Assembly (NCBI RefSeq): GCF_964355755.1
Contig: NC_092671.1
Span: 26,858,070 to 26,922,069 of the forward strand
Direction of reading: 5' to 3'
DNA length: 64,000 nt
Source: Antedon mediterranea
Taxonomy: Eukaryota > Animalia > Echinodermata
The translations under genes were made by a program, and so were the position numbers. Positions 1-15,400 of the stretch are shown here, piece after piece (position 1 is the first letter of the stretch; each line of letters starts with the position of its first letter). The notes beneath the pieces are model-generated. The model ran no database searches. It saw nothing but the letters and a program-made list of their open reading frames with translations, and had not been told where the DNA came from.

Positions 1-124
1 TCAAATGACAGGAATTTACTTAGGTGTCTATTATGCGACAATAAATTCCATATTTAGAGAGACAATGTCTTTAAGCGGTCAATTATGCAGTATACTAACA
101 CAGAACATGTAACCAATAACTTAC

Positions 125-412
125 TTGTGTTAGCAATAGTTTCCATAAGTGTACTACTTTTATCGCCACTTACAACAGCAATTGAGAAGTAGTACGTTTT
201 GTCTGGATCCAAATTTGTAACTGTTAGACTAGTAAATTCTTTATCTACAATCGTCGTAACTGGTATCGATGTTGCCGTATGGTAGACAATCTCGTAGTAA
301 TCAAACACATTCGCGACACCGTAGAAAAGGTTAGGCGCTGTCCAATTAACGGTTACTGAGGTGTAGTTAGCAAGGTTATTCTCGGTGTCAAATGAACCAA
401 CTGGCCAAGGAT
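125..412 (-). CDS. FN3 exon (DPWPVGSF...METIANT)
   Basis: ttag|AT acceptor, A|gtaagt donor, 288 nt, VNWTAP and LDPDKTY motifs. Confidence 0.88.
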
Positions 413-3400
413 CTAAGATTAAAAAGAAAGCGGTGATAATGTTGTCTTTAAGGTCATGACAAAATTCATGATATTATGATCAATTTTACTATATTGACTA
501 CTGCTACAGTGCCAATTTGGCTTATCTATTGGTGTGTAATATTTTAAAAGGTAAAAAGAAAATCACATACCAGTTCGGAAAATGTTTGACACGTTGGTTC
601 CAGTGTCATGCACCAGAATGTTGATAGTATATAGCTGACCTGGTGTCAGGTATAAAAATTCGCCTAATTTTGGATCTGCAGACTGTACCTCAAATGAAGC
701 ATCCAACCCATTATTTGGAGCAGGATCAATCGTGACGATGTACGAGATAAATGGTTCTATTGCTGCGCCCCATGTGAATTGGAGGTAAGTGCTGGTAAAG
801 TTCCGCACAATAATCTCTGCTACAGCCACTTCTCCTACAAAATTGTATATTATTGATTTTGTTATTCAGTGTTTTTAAATCTATTGAAATTGCACATTTA
901 AAGATGTATTGTCCAAAACAACAAGAAAAAATTAAGATGAGGAAAAATAAAAACAATAACTGTGCTCATAAAAAAAGGAAAAATAAACAAAAAAACACAT
1001 TGATTTCCAGACAATGGTCTTCCCGTTTCCGAGCCTATCTTCTAAAGTTTATCATATCATTTTATAAAAGTTTCAAAATATACATTTTCCACTTTACAGT
1101 ATATAGTAGAAAACATATGAATGGTATTTAAAATGCTATACCTGTTTGAAATGTAACTTGGATAGGTGTGCTTCTTTCCTTATAACCACCATTTGAAGAT
1201 ATTGTAACAATTTCAAAAGTGTAATTCGTTGAAGGTAGAAAGTATTCATAGTTATGAGAGAAAATATTTGCTGAACGATCGATGAGAGCAGATGTCCGTC
1301 CGTCAACTGGCGAGTGTAGAATCTCAAAACTACTAAAGTCTCCTTCTGGTGGCAACCACACCAAGTCTATTGATGTTGATCCAATGGTGACGAGGCTAGC
1401 ATTGACAGATACTTCACTAGGAACTAAATAATTTAAAGACAAAATAGTTTTCACCAATACCATGATTTGAAGTATTTCACCTCAACTGACAAATAATGTT
1501 GAAATAAAGCTTATTAGTTCAATTCAATTACCCATGTTTTCATTTTTTTGGAACTGAAATGAACTGAGCGCAACTGAAACTTCAAATAGCGTCACATGTG
1601 CGGTATGGAACCAAGACGAGTAGCGATCAGTTTGATATTACCATATAAGCATTCATGCATACTGGTTTCTATACAATTACGAATCATATCGTGAGAGCTG
1701 TGAGGTAACCAGTGGAAATGGTTACTTTCAGTTCTGTTCAGTTGCTCGAAATGTCGATACAAGTGCTTTTGTGCAACAAGTTTCTTTTAGTTGAAATTGA
1801 GTTCCTTTCACTTCCATGTCGACAGAAGCTTACCTTAAGTCATAAAATATTTAATGATTTCTAATTTCTAATTTTAAGTGTTTCAATAATTGAATGGTGG
1901 TAATTAATCTTTGTTGGATGACAGGGCTTAAAATTATAACATTAAAACAAAATTTAAATCATTTTTCAATTAAAAAAAAAAAAAAAAAACCAAATTCAAA
2001 TTTTAATAAAAAATGCTGCCCAAAACTTTTAAAATGTAAAGGATAATTTTAAGGATTAAAAATGTATACAAACCGGTTCTTTGTTTTATCATGCCCATTT
2101 CAGATACACCAATAACCATAGTATCCACTTTGATTGTGTACAATCTTCCAGGAACCAAGTCTACAAAAGTTACAGTTTTGAAATAGGAATCTATGATGTG
2201 AGATCCTCCATTAGGCGGATCGATAGACACTGTGTAATTTTCAACTCCAGCTTGAGAAGCATTTCCACCCCAAATAGCCGTAATATTCTCAGTATTATAA
2301 CTTACGATGACAATCTCATTCAATGCCAAATATTCTAAGTGTAAAAGAGAAAAAAAAATAAATGAACATAACATGAATTTCCTGAAATATCTGAAAACAA
2401 AGATAACACAAAAAGAATATGATTGTCAAACACTATTTGATAAGAATATGATTTTTAAACTTTAAAGAATTTTTTTTTTAGATCAAATTTAAGGTCATTC
2501 TTAAAATCGTTTTATCATAACTAACCATAGAACATACATTGAAGCCAAGGAATGACCTGGTTTAATGTATTTTATATATATATATATATATATATTTTTA
2601 AAGATCACAATTGTAGGAAATGTTTTTGTTTAAACTTCTGAAATTAAGACGCCTGATTTAACGATAAAGGTAGATAACATAGCAGCCACACTCATAAATA
2701 TATCACAATTAAGTCAATTTATTTATGTTGAAAACATACCTGTGTCCCCTATAGATGTTACCGGGTCACTGGAAATACCATAGCTTTCTGTTACCAATGA
2801 AATTTCATACATCCTACTGTGAGACAGTCCTGTAATGACATAATCTGTCTCTGTACTGTTCAAATTCACTCTAACGCTAGTACCAGAATCTGCCTCGTAA
2901 CTCAAGATGTACATGTTGAACACCGTTGACATATCATTAATTGGTAGTGGTGGGCCCCATTCAATATACATAGATGTATATGAATCAAGAGTGTTATTAA
3001 ATTGAATATATGCTGGTCTGTTTGGCTCTGAAATCCAGAAAAGTAAAATTATAAATAAGTAAACCGCATGCCTAAAACCTGCTCATGTATAATCCTACGC
3101 ACATTCATCACACCTACATGTGTTATTACACTCGCTGAACTAAATTCAGAAATAAAAAGAAAAATTCTAAATGTTTTCTACTGTGTCATTGAGTTGAATT
3201 GCGACACAGCATATCATTTGAAAGCAACCCTGGTGGGTACCTTTGCTAGTCTACTATATGAGCAGATAAATTTATGATCAAACTATTAATGTATAATATC
3301 CAGTTCTCATAAAGGCTATAAACTCCCTCTAAGGAAAAGTGTTGGATAACATCAGGAATTTGGTTCTCAAAACTGTTCAAACATTTTTGTAAATGTAGTT

Positions 3401-6400
3401 GTAAAAACTAGTGAGAAACTAGTTATTACATTGCAATATACAGTGAGGTAACATCCAATCAACTTACTTGTTCTTTGCAGTATGAATGATCCTACAGCAG
3501 TGATGTTACCTCTTACAGAGATGTTATACAACTGACCTGGTGTCAAACCAGTAAACTCATATTGTCTGTCTCCAGTATACTTAATAAGTTGACTATTATC
3601 ACCAGAGTCTGGTACTATTTCCAACAAATAACTGCTCTCACCACTGATCTCACCCCAAGTAATGCCAATAGTTTCATTTGTATAATATCGTACCAAAACT
3701 CCACTGTTTTCTATGATTACAATGTTTAATTAAAATTTCTTAAATAGGACAATAGAATTTTAAATTGTTTGCATTAAACAAGTAGTCGATATGCATGTAT
3801 TTTTTTATAAGAATGCATTCATGCAATTCCAGCAGCTCCAAATACTGTAAATGGTGAGTTTTTGTTTTTTTGTAGCATGAATGGGCCAATACAGTTTGAA
3901 TTTAATTCTTGTTTCTTGTAGAAAAATTTATAATCTAAAAGTTACTTTTCATTAAAGATAAAAATATGAAAGACAAGTGAAAAAGAATTCCTTACTTGTA
4001 TCTATGGATGTCATTAAACTTTCCCTGCTTATTCTTTGATACTGGCCTTCACCTGAAACAGTATGGACTTCAAATGTGTAGCTAGTTCCTGGTATAAGTC
4101 CTTCTAAATTCAGGTTTGTATCAATAACATCAACAGGAGATGGTGTTGTACCATGAGAAGGTTCATAAGTGAGTCTAAAAAAGCTCTTTACTATATTGCT
4201 ATTTATATTCCAACTAATATAAATACTGGTTTCGCTTCCAACATGAAATCCTAAAGTAGATGGACCTTCTGGGTCTGTAAATTGTAAAAAAAAGTGTGAG
4301 ACGATTGTAACATATCTCCAGGTAAGACTTTTAAAAAGAGTTAACATTATTACAATTGTTTATGGTCAATATTATTGTTTAAAACTAAACTCCATAGTTT
4401 CACTAATATACAAATAATGAATTGTATATATTGTATGGCGCAGAATATGTCATGGGTTGAAAGATTGACTGCTATTATTTAACGAGGCGGAACCGAGGTA
4501 AATATATAGAAGTCAATTTTTATTTAGTTGAGTTACAACATGATGTAATGAACTTTAACACAAACATAACTTACATGTTCTTGTCATAGTTTGCAAAATG
4601 TAAGAATTTCCATTTTCCAAATAAATTTCAACTTCAATTGTATAAAGTTCTCCTGGAACAAGTTCTGTCAATTCTCTCAAAGCTGATGGAGAGCTGGTGA
4701 CATTCTGGAATATGGTAAGACTTCTGCTGTTGTCACTTCTTGGGAAAACAGATATATTATATCCTAATGCAAATGGAACCTCAGCCCAAAGAATTTCAAT
4801 ATTTCTTTCACCAACACTCCTCACAAATATTGTGTCATTAGCAATTGCATCTGAAAATTCAACAGACAACATTAATGTAATAAACATTAGTCAAAGTATT
4901 TAAAAGTGGCCAGAGAGTTTGAAACGTGTAGCCTTGTATCACCAATTTAAATTTAAACAACAAATTGAAAATACGAAAAAGAGAAAAACTTATCAACTAG
5001 AAAATACACAACAAAAACCTATCATAGACTACTTTACTGGAGAATAAAAACATTGCAATAGAAATTAATTATTCATTAATAAATGTGTATCTATATTTTA
5101 GCTGATGAAATAAATATTAAAATGTTACCTGTTGTTCCTGTTTCCATTACACCAGTGCTATATTTTAGAGTTTCATTTATTCCCATTCTTGTCTTGACAA
5201 TAACAGTCACAGTTGTATCGGGATCCACATCTTCAATAACATAGTCATAAGTAGTTTTTTCAATCATGTCAATTTCTACAGGTTCACCACTATTCACTGT
5301 ATAACTTAAGTAATAAGCTCCAAAAATGAGTTCAAGACCTCTTGCTACTTCTGGTTCAGTCCAACGGACAGTCAGTGATGTTAGGGTAGTATTAACAATT
5401 TCTAAAGATGAAACTGGGTTTGGACCTATAAATAAAAACAGCAACAAAAATTACAATCAAAATATAATTTTACAACAATACTCTAAAAATACATGTCTCA
5501 ACAAAATAGAAAAACATAATCAACTTACTTGTTCTTTGCAGTACGAATGATCCTACAGCAGTGATGTTACCTCTTACAGAGATGTTATACAACTGACCTG
5601 GTGTCAAACCAGTAAACTCATACTGTCTGTCTCCAGTATACTCAATAAGCTGACTATTATTACCAGAGTCTGGTACTATTTCCAACAAGTAACTGCTCTC
5701 ACCACTGATCTCACCCCAAGTAATGCCAATAGTTTCATTTGTACAATACTCTACTAGGATTTCACCACTTTCAACGTTATCTTTGATAAATAATAATTAT
5801 AATATAACTGATTATACAAGTTTTTTCAGTTAAAATAGTGAAACACAATTATAATCTTAAAGTTGTTTTCAATGACAAAAATATAAGAAACTTAAATAAA
5901 ATAACAAGCATTACCTGTATCTATAGAAGTCATTAAACTTTCCCTGCTTATTCTTTGATACTGGCCTTCACCTGAAACAGTACGGACTTCAAATGTGTAG
6001 CTAGTTCCTGGTATAAGTCCTTCTAAATTCAGGTTTGTATCAATAACATCAACAGGAGATGGTGTTGTACCATGAGAAGGTTCATAGGTGAGTCTAAAAA
6101 AACTCTTTACTATATTGCTATTTATATTCCAACTAATATAAATACTGGTTTCGCTTCCAACATGAAATCCTAAAGTAGATGGACCTTCTGGGTCTGTAAA
6201 TTGTTAAAATAAAGTATGAGACGTTTGTAACATATCTCCAGGTAAGACTTTAAAAAGAATTCACATTTTACAATTGATTATGGTCAATATTATTGTTTAA
6301 AACTAAACTCCATAATTTCACTAATATACAAATAATGAATTGTATATGTTGGATGGCGGAGAATATGTCATGGGTTGAAAGATTGACTGCTATTATTTAA

Positions 6401-9400
6401 CGAGGCGGAACCGAGGTAAATATATAGAAGTCAATTTTTATTTAGTTGAGTTACAACATGAGGTAATGAGCTTTAACACAAACATAACTTACATGTTCTT
6501 GTCATAGTTTGCAAAATGTAAGAATCTCTATTTTCCAAATAAATTTCAACTTCAATTGTATAAAGTTCTCCTGGAACAAGTTCTGTCAATTCTCTCAAAG
6601 CTGATGGAGAGCTGGTGACATTCTGGAATATGGTAACACTTCTGCTGTTGTCACTTGTTGGGAAAACAGATATATTATATCCTAATGCAAATGGAACCTC
6701 AGCCCAAAGAAATTCAATATTTCTTTCACCAACACTCCTCACAAATATTGTGTCATTAGCAATTGCATCTGAAAATACAACAGACAACATTAATGTAATA
6801 AACCTTAGTCAAAGTATTTAAAAGTGGTCGCAGAGTTTGAAACGTGTAGCCTTGTATCACCAATTTAAATTTAAACAAATTGAAAATACGAAAAAGAGAA
6901 AAACCTATCATAGACTACTTTACTGGAGAATAAAAACATTGCAATAGAAATTAATTATTCATTAATAAATGTGTATCTATATAGCCCCTTTCTCACAGAG
7001 TTGTGTGCCAGGAATATTGCGGGAATATACCATTACCATGCCGGTATGGTTTTCTGTGAGAACGGGTCGTCTTGGCATCATGCCGGCACCATGCCGGCAT
7101 CGACATGACCTGCTTCAGACCTAGTAATATTCTAGGGATATTCCCCGCAATGCCAGACGGGCATTCTGTGAGAACGTATCGCCGTTATATTCCGGGGTTC
7201 CCCGTCGAGGCTTTGACACCTTGCGCAGTCAAGTGTATCACTTTGGCGCCTATTCAATTCAATTAACAATAATAATGTCGAACTGGAGGGATAATGAGAT
7301 AAGAGAGCTGCTTAAAATAAGGGGACAAGAAGAAATTTGTAGCATAATCTAGGCCTATAGGCCGCTAGGCTAGGCCATGGCATTAGCTCTTTGTTTGTTG
7401 GTGCCTGACCTTTCGTCGCCTTGTAAATTGTAGGCCTACAGCCTTCTAAGGTGTTTTACAGATTGCCGATGACGGCAAATTAATTGCTATACCTGTATAA
7501 TATATGCACAATATACTGTACATAGCATGTATTGCATAAATATGCTATAAAGGAAGATAATAATCTGTAACTTGACATTCGCCGCCATATCATCGCTAGA
7601 CAAAAATAATAACAATAAAGGACGCCCTCAATAATTATTTTGTCAAAGACTTTTTATTGGCCGAATATGCCCGACTCCTTTCTCACAGAAAGCCGGTATA
7701 TACCGGTTATATTTCCGGCACGATAGTCCGATGAGAATGGGTATATGCCGGTAACGATACCGGCACGACGCCAGCACTGTACCGGTATATTGCAGGCACA
7801 TCTGTGAGAAAGGGGCTTATTTTAGCTGATGAAATCAATATTAAAATGTTACCTGTTGTTCCTGTTTCCATTACACCAGTGCTATATTTTAGAGTTTCAT
7901 TTATTCCCATTCTTGTCTTGACAATAACAGTCACAGTTGTATCGGGATCCACATCTTCAATAACATAGTCATAAGTAGTTTTTTCAATCATGTCAATTTC
8001 TACAGGTTCACCACTATTCACTGTATAACTTAAGTAATAAGCTCCAAAAATGAGTTCAAGACCTCTTGCTACTTCTGGTTCAGTCCAACGGACAGTCAGT
8101 GATGTTAGGGTAGTATTAACAATTTCTAAAGATGAAACTGGGTTTGGACCTATAAATAAAAACAGCAACAAAAATTACAATCAAAATATAATTTTACAAC
8201 AATACTCTAAAAATACATGTCTCAACAAAATAGAAAAACACAATCAACTTACTTGTTCTTTGCAGTACGAATGATCCTACAGCAGTGATGTTACCTCTTA
8301 CAGAGATGTTATACAACTGACCTGGTGTCAAACCAGTAAACTCATATTGTCTGTCTCCAGTATACTCAATAAGCTGACTATTATTACCAGAGTCTGGTAC
8401 TATTTCCAACAAGTAACTGCTCTCACCACTGATCTCACCCCAAGTAATGCCAATAGTTTCATTTGTACAATACTCTACTAGGATTTCACCACTTTCAACG
8501 TTATCTTTGATAAATAATAATTATAATATAACTGATTATACAAGTTTTTTCAGTTAAAATAGTGAAACACAATTATAATCTTAAAGTTGTTTTCAATGAC
8601 AAAAATATAAGAAACTTAAATAAAATAACAAGCATTACCTGTATCTATAGAAGTCATTAAACTTTCTCTGCTTATTCTTTGATACTGGCCTTCTCCTGAA
8701 ACAGTACGGACTTCAAATGTGTAGCTAGTTCCTGGTATAAGTCCTTCTAAATTCAGGTTTGTATCAATAACATCAACAGGAGATGGTGTTGTACCATGAG
8801 AAGGTTCATAAGTGAGTCTAAAAAAACTCTTTACTATATTGCTATTTATATTCCAACTAATATAAATACTGGTTTCGCTTCCAACATGAAATCCTAAAGT
8901 AGATGGACCTTCTGGGTCTGTAAATTGTTAAAATAAAGTATGAGACGTTTGTAACATATCTCCAGGTAAGACTTTTAGAAAGAATTCACATTTTACAATT
9001 GATTATGGTCAATATTATTGTTTAAAACTAAACTCCATAATTTCACTAATATACAAATAATGAATTGTATATGTTGGATGGCGGAGAATATGTCATGGGT
9101 TGAAAGATTGACTGCTATTATTTAACGAGGCAAAACCGATGTAAATATATAGAAGTCAATTTTTATTTAGTTGAGTTACAACATGAGGTAATGAGCTTTA
9201 ACACAAACATAACTTACATGTTCTTGTCATAGTTTGCAAAATGTAAGAATCTCTATTTTCCAAATAAATTTCAACTTCAATTGTATAAAGTTCTCCTGGA
9301 ACAAGTTCTGTCAATTCTCTCAAAGCTGATGGAGAGCTGGTGACATTCTGGAATATGGTAACACTTCTGCTGTTGTCACTTGTTGGGAAAACAGATATAT

Positions 9401-12400
9401 TATATCCTAATGCAAATGGAACCTCAGCCCAAAGAAATTCAATATTTCTTTCACCAACACTCCTCACAAATATTGTGTCATTAGCAATTGCATCTGAAAA
9501 TACAACAGACAACATTAATGTAATAAACCTTAGTCAAAGTATTTAAAAGTGGTCGCAGAGTTTGAAACGTGTAGCCTTGTATCACCAATTTAAATTTAAA
9601 CAAATTGAAAATACGAAAAAGAGAAAAACCTATCATAGACTACTTTACTGGAGAATAAAAACATTGCAATAGAAATTAATTATTCATTAATAAATGTGTA
9701 TCTATATTTTAGCTGATGAAATAAATATTAAAATGTTACCTGTTGTTCCTGTTTCCATTACACCAGTGCTATATTTTAGAGTTTCATTTATTCCCATTCT
9801 TGTCTTGACAATAACAGTCACAGTTGTATCGGGATCCACATCTTCAATAACATAGTCATGAGTAGTTTTTTCAATCATGTCAATTTCTACAGGTTCACCA
9901 CTATTCACTGTATAACTTAAGTAATAAGCTCCAAAAATGAGTTCAAGACCTCTTGCTACTTCTGGTTCAGTCCAACGGACAGTCAGTGATGTTAGGGTAG
10001 TATTAACAATTTCTAAAGATGAAACTGGGTTTGGACCTATAAATAAAAACAGCAACAAAAATTACAATCAAAATATAATTTTACAACAATGCTCTAAAAA
10101 TACATGTCTCAACAAAATAGAAAAACATAATCAACTTACTTGTTCTTTGCAGTACGAATGATCCTACAGCAGTGATGTTACCTCTTACAGAGATGTTATA
10201 CAACTGACCTGGTGTCAAACCAGTAAACTCATATTGTCTGTCTCCAGTATACTCAATAAGCTGACTATTATTACCAGAGTCTGGTACTATTTCCAACAAG
10301 TAACTGCTCTCACCACTGATCTCACCCCAAGTAATGCCAATAGTTTCATTTGTACAATACTCTACTAGGATTTCACCACTTTCAACGTTATCTTTGATAA
10401 ATAATAATTATAATATAACTGATTATACAGGTTTTTTCAGTTAAAATAGTGAAACACAATTATAATCTTAAAGTTGTTTTCAATGACAAAAATATAAGAA
10501 ACTTAAATAAAATAACAAGCATTACCTGTATCTATAGAAGTCATTAAACTTTCTCTGCTTATTCTTTGATACTGGCCTTCTCCTGAAACAGTACGGACTT
10601 CAAATGTGTAGCTAGTTCCTGGTATAAGTCCTTCTAAATTCAGGTTTGTATCAATAACATCAACAGGAGATGGTGTTGTACCATGAGAAGGTTCATAAGT
10701 GAGTCTAAAAAAACTCTTTACTATATTGCTATTTATATTCCAACTAATATAAATACTGGTTTCGCTTCCAACATGAAATCCTAAAGTAGATGGACCTTCT
10801 GGGTCTGTAAATTGTTAAAATAAAGTATGAGACGTTTGTAACATATCTCCAGGTAAGACTTTTAAAAAGAATTCACATTTTACAATTGATTATGGTCAAT
10901 ATTATTGTTTAAAACTAAACTCCATAATTTCACTAATATACAAATAATGAATTGTATATGTTGGATGGCGGAGAATATGTCATGGGTTGAAAGATTGACT
11001 GCTATTATTTAACGAGGCGGAACCGAGGTAAATATATAGAAGTCAATTTTTATTTAGTTGAGTTACAACATGAGGTAATGAGCTTTAACACAAACATAAC
11101 TTACATGTTCTTGTCATAGTTTGCAAAATGTAAGAATCTCTATTTTCCAAATAAATTTCAACTTCAATTGTATAAAGTTCTCCTGGAACAAGTTCTGTCA
11201 ATTCTCTCAAAGCTGATGGAGAGCTGGTGACATTCTGGAATATGGTAACACTTCTGCTGTTGTCACTTGTTGGGAAAACAGATATGTTATATCCTAATGC
11301 AAATGGAACCTCAGCCCAAAGAAATTCAATATTTCTTTCACCAACACTCCTCACAAATATTGTGTCATTAGCAATTGCATCTGAAAATACAACAGACAAC
11401 ATTAATGTAATAAACCTTAGTCAAAGTATTTAAAAGTGGTCACAGAGTTTGAAACGTGTAGCCTTGTATCACCAATTTAAATTTAAACAAATTGAAAATA
11501 CGAAAAAGAGAAAAACCTATCATAGACTACTTTACTGGAGAATAAAAAAATTGCAATAGAAATTAATTATTCATTAATAAATGTGTATCTATATTTTAGC
11601 TGATGAAATAAATATTAAAATGTTACCTGTTGTTCCTGTTTCCATTACACCAGTGCTATATTTTAGAGTTTCATTTATTCCCATTCTTGTCTTGACAATA
11701 ACAGTCACAGTTGTATCGGGATCCACATCTTCAATAACATAGTCATAAGTAGTTTTTTCAATCATGTCAATTTCTACAGCTTCACCACTATTCACTGTAT
11801 AACTTAAGTAATAAGCTCCAAAAATGAGTTCAAGACCTCCTGCTACTTCTGGTTCAGTCCAACGGACAGTCAGTGATGTTAGGGTAGTATTAACAATTTC
11901 TAAAGATGAAACTGGGTTTGGACCTATAAATAAAAACAGCAACAAAAATTACAATCAAAATATAATTTTACAACAATACTCTAAAAATACATGTCTCAAC
12001 AAAATAGAAAAACATAATCAACTTACTTGTTCTTTGCAGTACAAATGATCCTACAGCAGTGATGTTACCTCTTACAGAGATGTTATACAACTGACCTGGT
12101 GTCAAACCAGTAAACTCATATTGTCTGTCTCCAGTATACTCAATAAGCTGACTATTATCACCAGAGTCTGGTACTATTTCCAACAAGTAACTGCTCTCAC
12201 CACTGATCTCACCCCAAGTAATGCCAATAGTTTCATTTGTACAATACTCTACTAGGATTTCACCACTTTCAACGTCATCTTTGATAAATAATAATTATAA
12301 TATAACTGATTATACAAGTTTTTTCAGTTAAAATAGTGACAATTTGTGTATCTTTCTAGGTGAAACACAATTATAATCTTAAAGTTTTTTTCAATGACAA

Positions 12401-15400
12401 AAACATAAGAAACTTAAATAAAATAACAAGCATTACCTGTATCTATAGAAGTCATTAAACTTTCCCTGCTTATTCTTTGATACTGGCCTTCTCCTGAAAC
12501 AGAACGGACTTCAAATGTGTAGCTAGTTCCTGGTATAAGTCCTTCTAAATTCAGGTTTGTATCAATAACATCAACAGGAGATGGTGTTGTACCATGAGAA
12601 GGTTCATAAGTGAGTCTAAAAAAGCTCTTTACTATATTGCTATTTATATTCCAACTAATATAAATACTGGTTTCACTTCCAACATGAAATCCTAAAGTAG
12701 ATGGACCTTCTGGGTCTGTAAATTGTTAAAATAAAGTGTGAAACGTTTGTAACATATCTCCAGGTAAGACTTTTAAAAAAGTTCACATTTTACAATTGAT
12801 TATTGTCAATATTATTGTTTAAAACTAAACTCCATAATTTCACTAATATACAAATAATGAATTGTATATATTGGATGGCGGAGAATATGTCATAGGTTGA
12901 AAGATTGACTGCTATTATTTAACGAGGCGGAACCGAGGTAAATATATAGAAGTCAATTTTTATTTAGCTGAGTTACAACATGAGGTAATGAGCTTCAACA
13001 CAAACATAACTTACATGTTCTTGTCATAGTTTGCAAAATGTTAACATTTCCATTTTCCAAAAAAATTTCAACTTCAATTGTATAAAGTTCTCCTGGAACA
13101 AGTTCTGTCAATTCTCTCAAAGCTGATGGAGAGCTGGTGACATTCTGGAATATGGTAAGACTTCTGCTGTTGTCACTTGTTGGGAAAACAGATATATTAT
13201 ATCCTAATGCAAATGGAACCTCAGCCCAAAGAATTTCAATATTTCTTTCACCAACACTCCTCACAAATATTGTGTCATTAGCAATTGCATCTGAAAATAC
13301 AACAGACAACATTAATGTAATAAACCTTAGTCAAAGTATTTAAAAGTGGTCACAGAGTTTGAAACGTGTAGCCTTGTATCACCAATTTAAATTTAAACAA
13401 ATTGAAAATACGAAAAAGAGAAAAACCTATCATAGACTACTTTACTGGAGAATAAAAAAATTGCAATAGAAATTAATTATTCATTAATAAATGTGTATCT
13501 ATATTTTAGCTGATGAAATAAATATTAAAATGTTACCTGTTGTTCCTGTTTCCATTACACCAGTGCTATATTTTAGAGTTTCATTTATTCCCATTCTTGT
13601 CTTGACAATAACAGTCACAGTTGTATCGGGATCCACATCTTCAATAACATAGTCATAAGTAGTTTTTTCAATCATGTCAATTTCTACAGCTTCACCACTA
13701 TTCACTGTATAACTTAAGTAATAAGCTCCAAAAATGAGTTCAAGACCTCCTGCTACTTCTGGTTCAGTCCAACGGACAGTCAGTGATGTTAGGGTAGTAT
13801 TAACAATTTCTAAAGATGAAACTGGGTTTGGACCTATAAATAAAAACAGCAACAAAAATTACAATCAAAATATAATTTTACAACAATACTCTAAAAATAC
13901 ATGTCTCAACAAAATAGAAAAACATAATCAACTTACTTGTTCTTTGCAGTACGAATGATCCTACAGCAGTGATGTTACCTCTTACAGAGATGTTATACAA
14001 CTGACCTGGTGTCAAACCAGTAAACTCATATTGTCTGTCTCCAGTATACTCAATAAGCTGACTATTATCACCAGAGTCTGGTACTATTTCCAACAAGTAA
14101 CTGCTCTCACCACTGATCTCACCCCAAGTAATGCCAATAGTTTCATTTGTACAATACTCTACTAGGATTTCACCACTTTCAACGTTATCTTTGATAAATA
14201 ATAATTATAATATAACTGATTATACAAGTTTTTTCAGTTAAAATAGTGAAACACAATTATAATCTTAAAGTTGTTTTCAATGACAAAAATATAAGAAACT
14301 TAAATAAAATAACAAGCATTACCTGTATCTATAGAAGTCATTAAACTTTCCCTGCTTATTCTTTGATACTGGCCTTCTCCTGAAACAGTACGGACTTCAA
14401 ATGTGTAGCTAGTTCCTGGTATAAGTCCTTCTAAATTCAGGTTTGTATCAATAACATCAACAGGAGATGGTGTTGTACCATGAGAAGGTTCATAAGTGAG
14501 TCTAAAAAAACTCTTTACTATATTGCTATTTATATTCCAACTAATATAAATACTGGTTTCGCTTCCAACATGAAATCCTAAAGTAGATGGACCTTCTGGG
14601 TCTGTAAATTGTTAAAATAAAGTATGAGACGTTTGTAACATATCTCCAGGTAAGACTTTTAAAAAGAATTCACATTTTACAATTGATTATGGTCAATATT
14701 ATTGTTTAAAACTAAACTCCATAATTTCACTAATATACAAATAATGAATTGTATATGTTGAATGGCGGAGAATATGTCATGGGTTGAAAGATTGACTGCT
14801 ATTATTTAACGAGGCGGAACCGAGGTAAATATATAGAAGTCAATTTTTATTTAGTTGAGTTACAACATGAGGTAATGAGCTTTAACACAAACATAACTTA
14901 CATGTTCTTGTCATAGTTTGCAAAATGTAAGAATCTCTATTTTCCAAATAAATTTCAACTTCAATTGTATAAAGTTCTCCTGGAACAAGTTCTGTCAATT
15001 CTCTCAAAGCTGATGGAGAGCTGGTGACATTCTGGAATATGGTAACACTTCTGCTGTTGTCACTTGTTGGGAAAACAGATATGTTATATCCTAATGCAAA
15101 TGGAACCTCAGCCCAAAGAAATTCAATATTTCTTTCACCAACACTCCTCACAAATATTGTGTCATTAGCAATTGCATCTGAAAATACAACAGACAACATT
15201 AATGTAATAAACCTTAGTCAAAGTATTTAAAAGTGGTCACAGAGTTTGAAACGTGTAGCCTTGTATCACCAATTTAAATTTAAACAAATTGAAAATACGA
15301 AAAAGAGAAAAACCTATCATAGACTACTTTACTGGAGAATAAAAAAATTGCAATAGAAATTAATTATTCATTAATAAATGTGTATCTATATTTTAGCTGA

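Noticed and set aside
5101-5112. CTGATGA in each B-A intron as a hammerhead core
   Set aside because: No stem II or properly placed GAAA box
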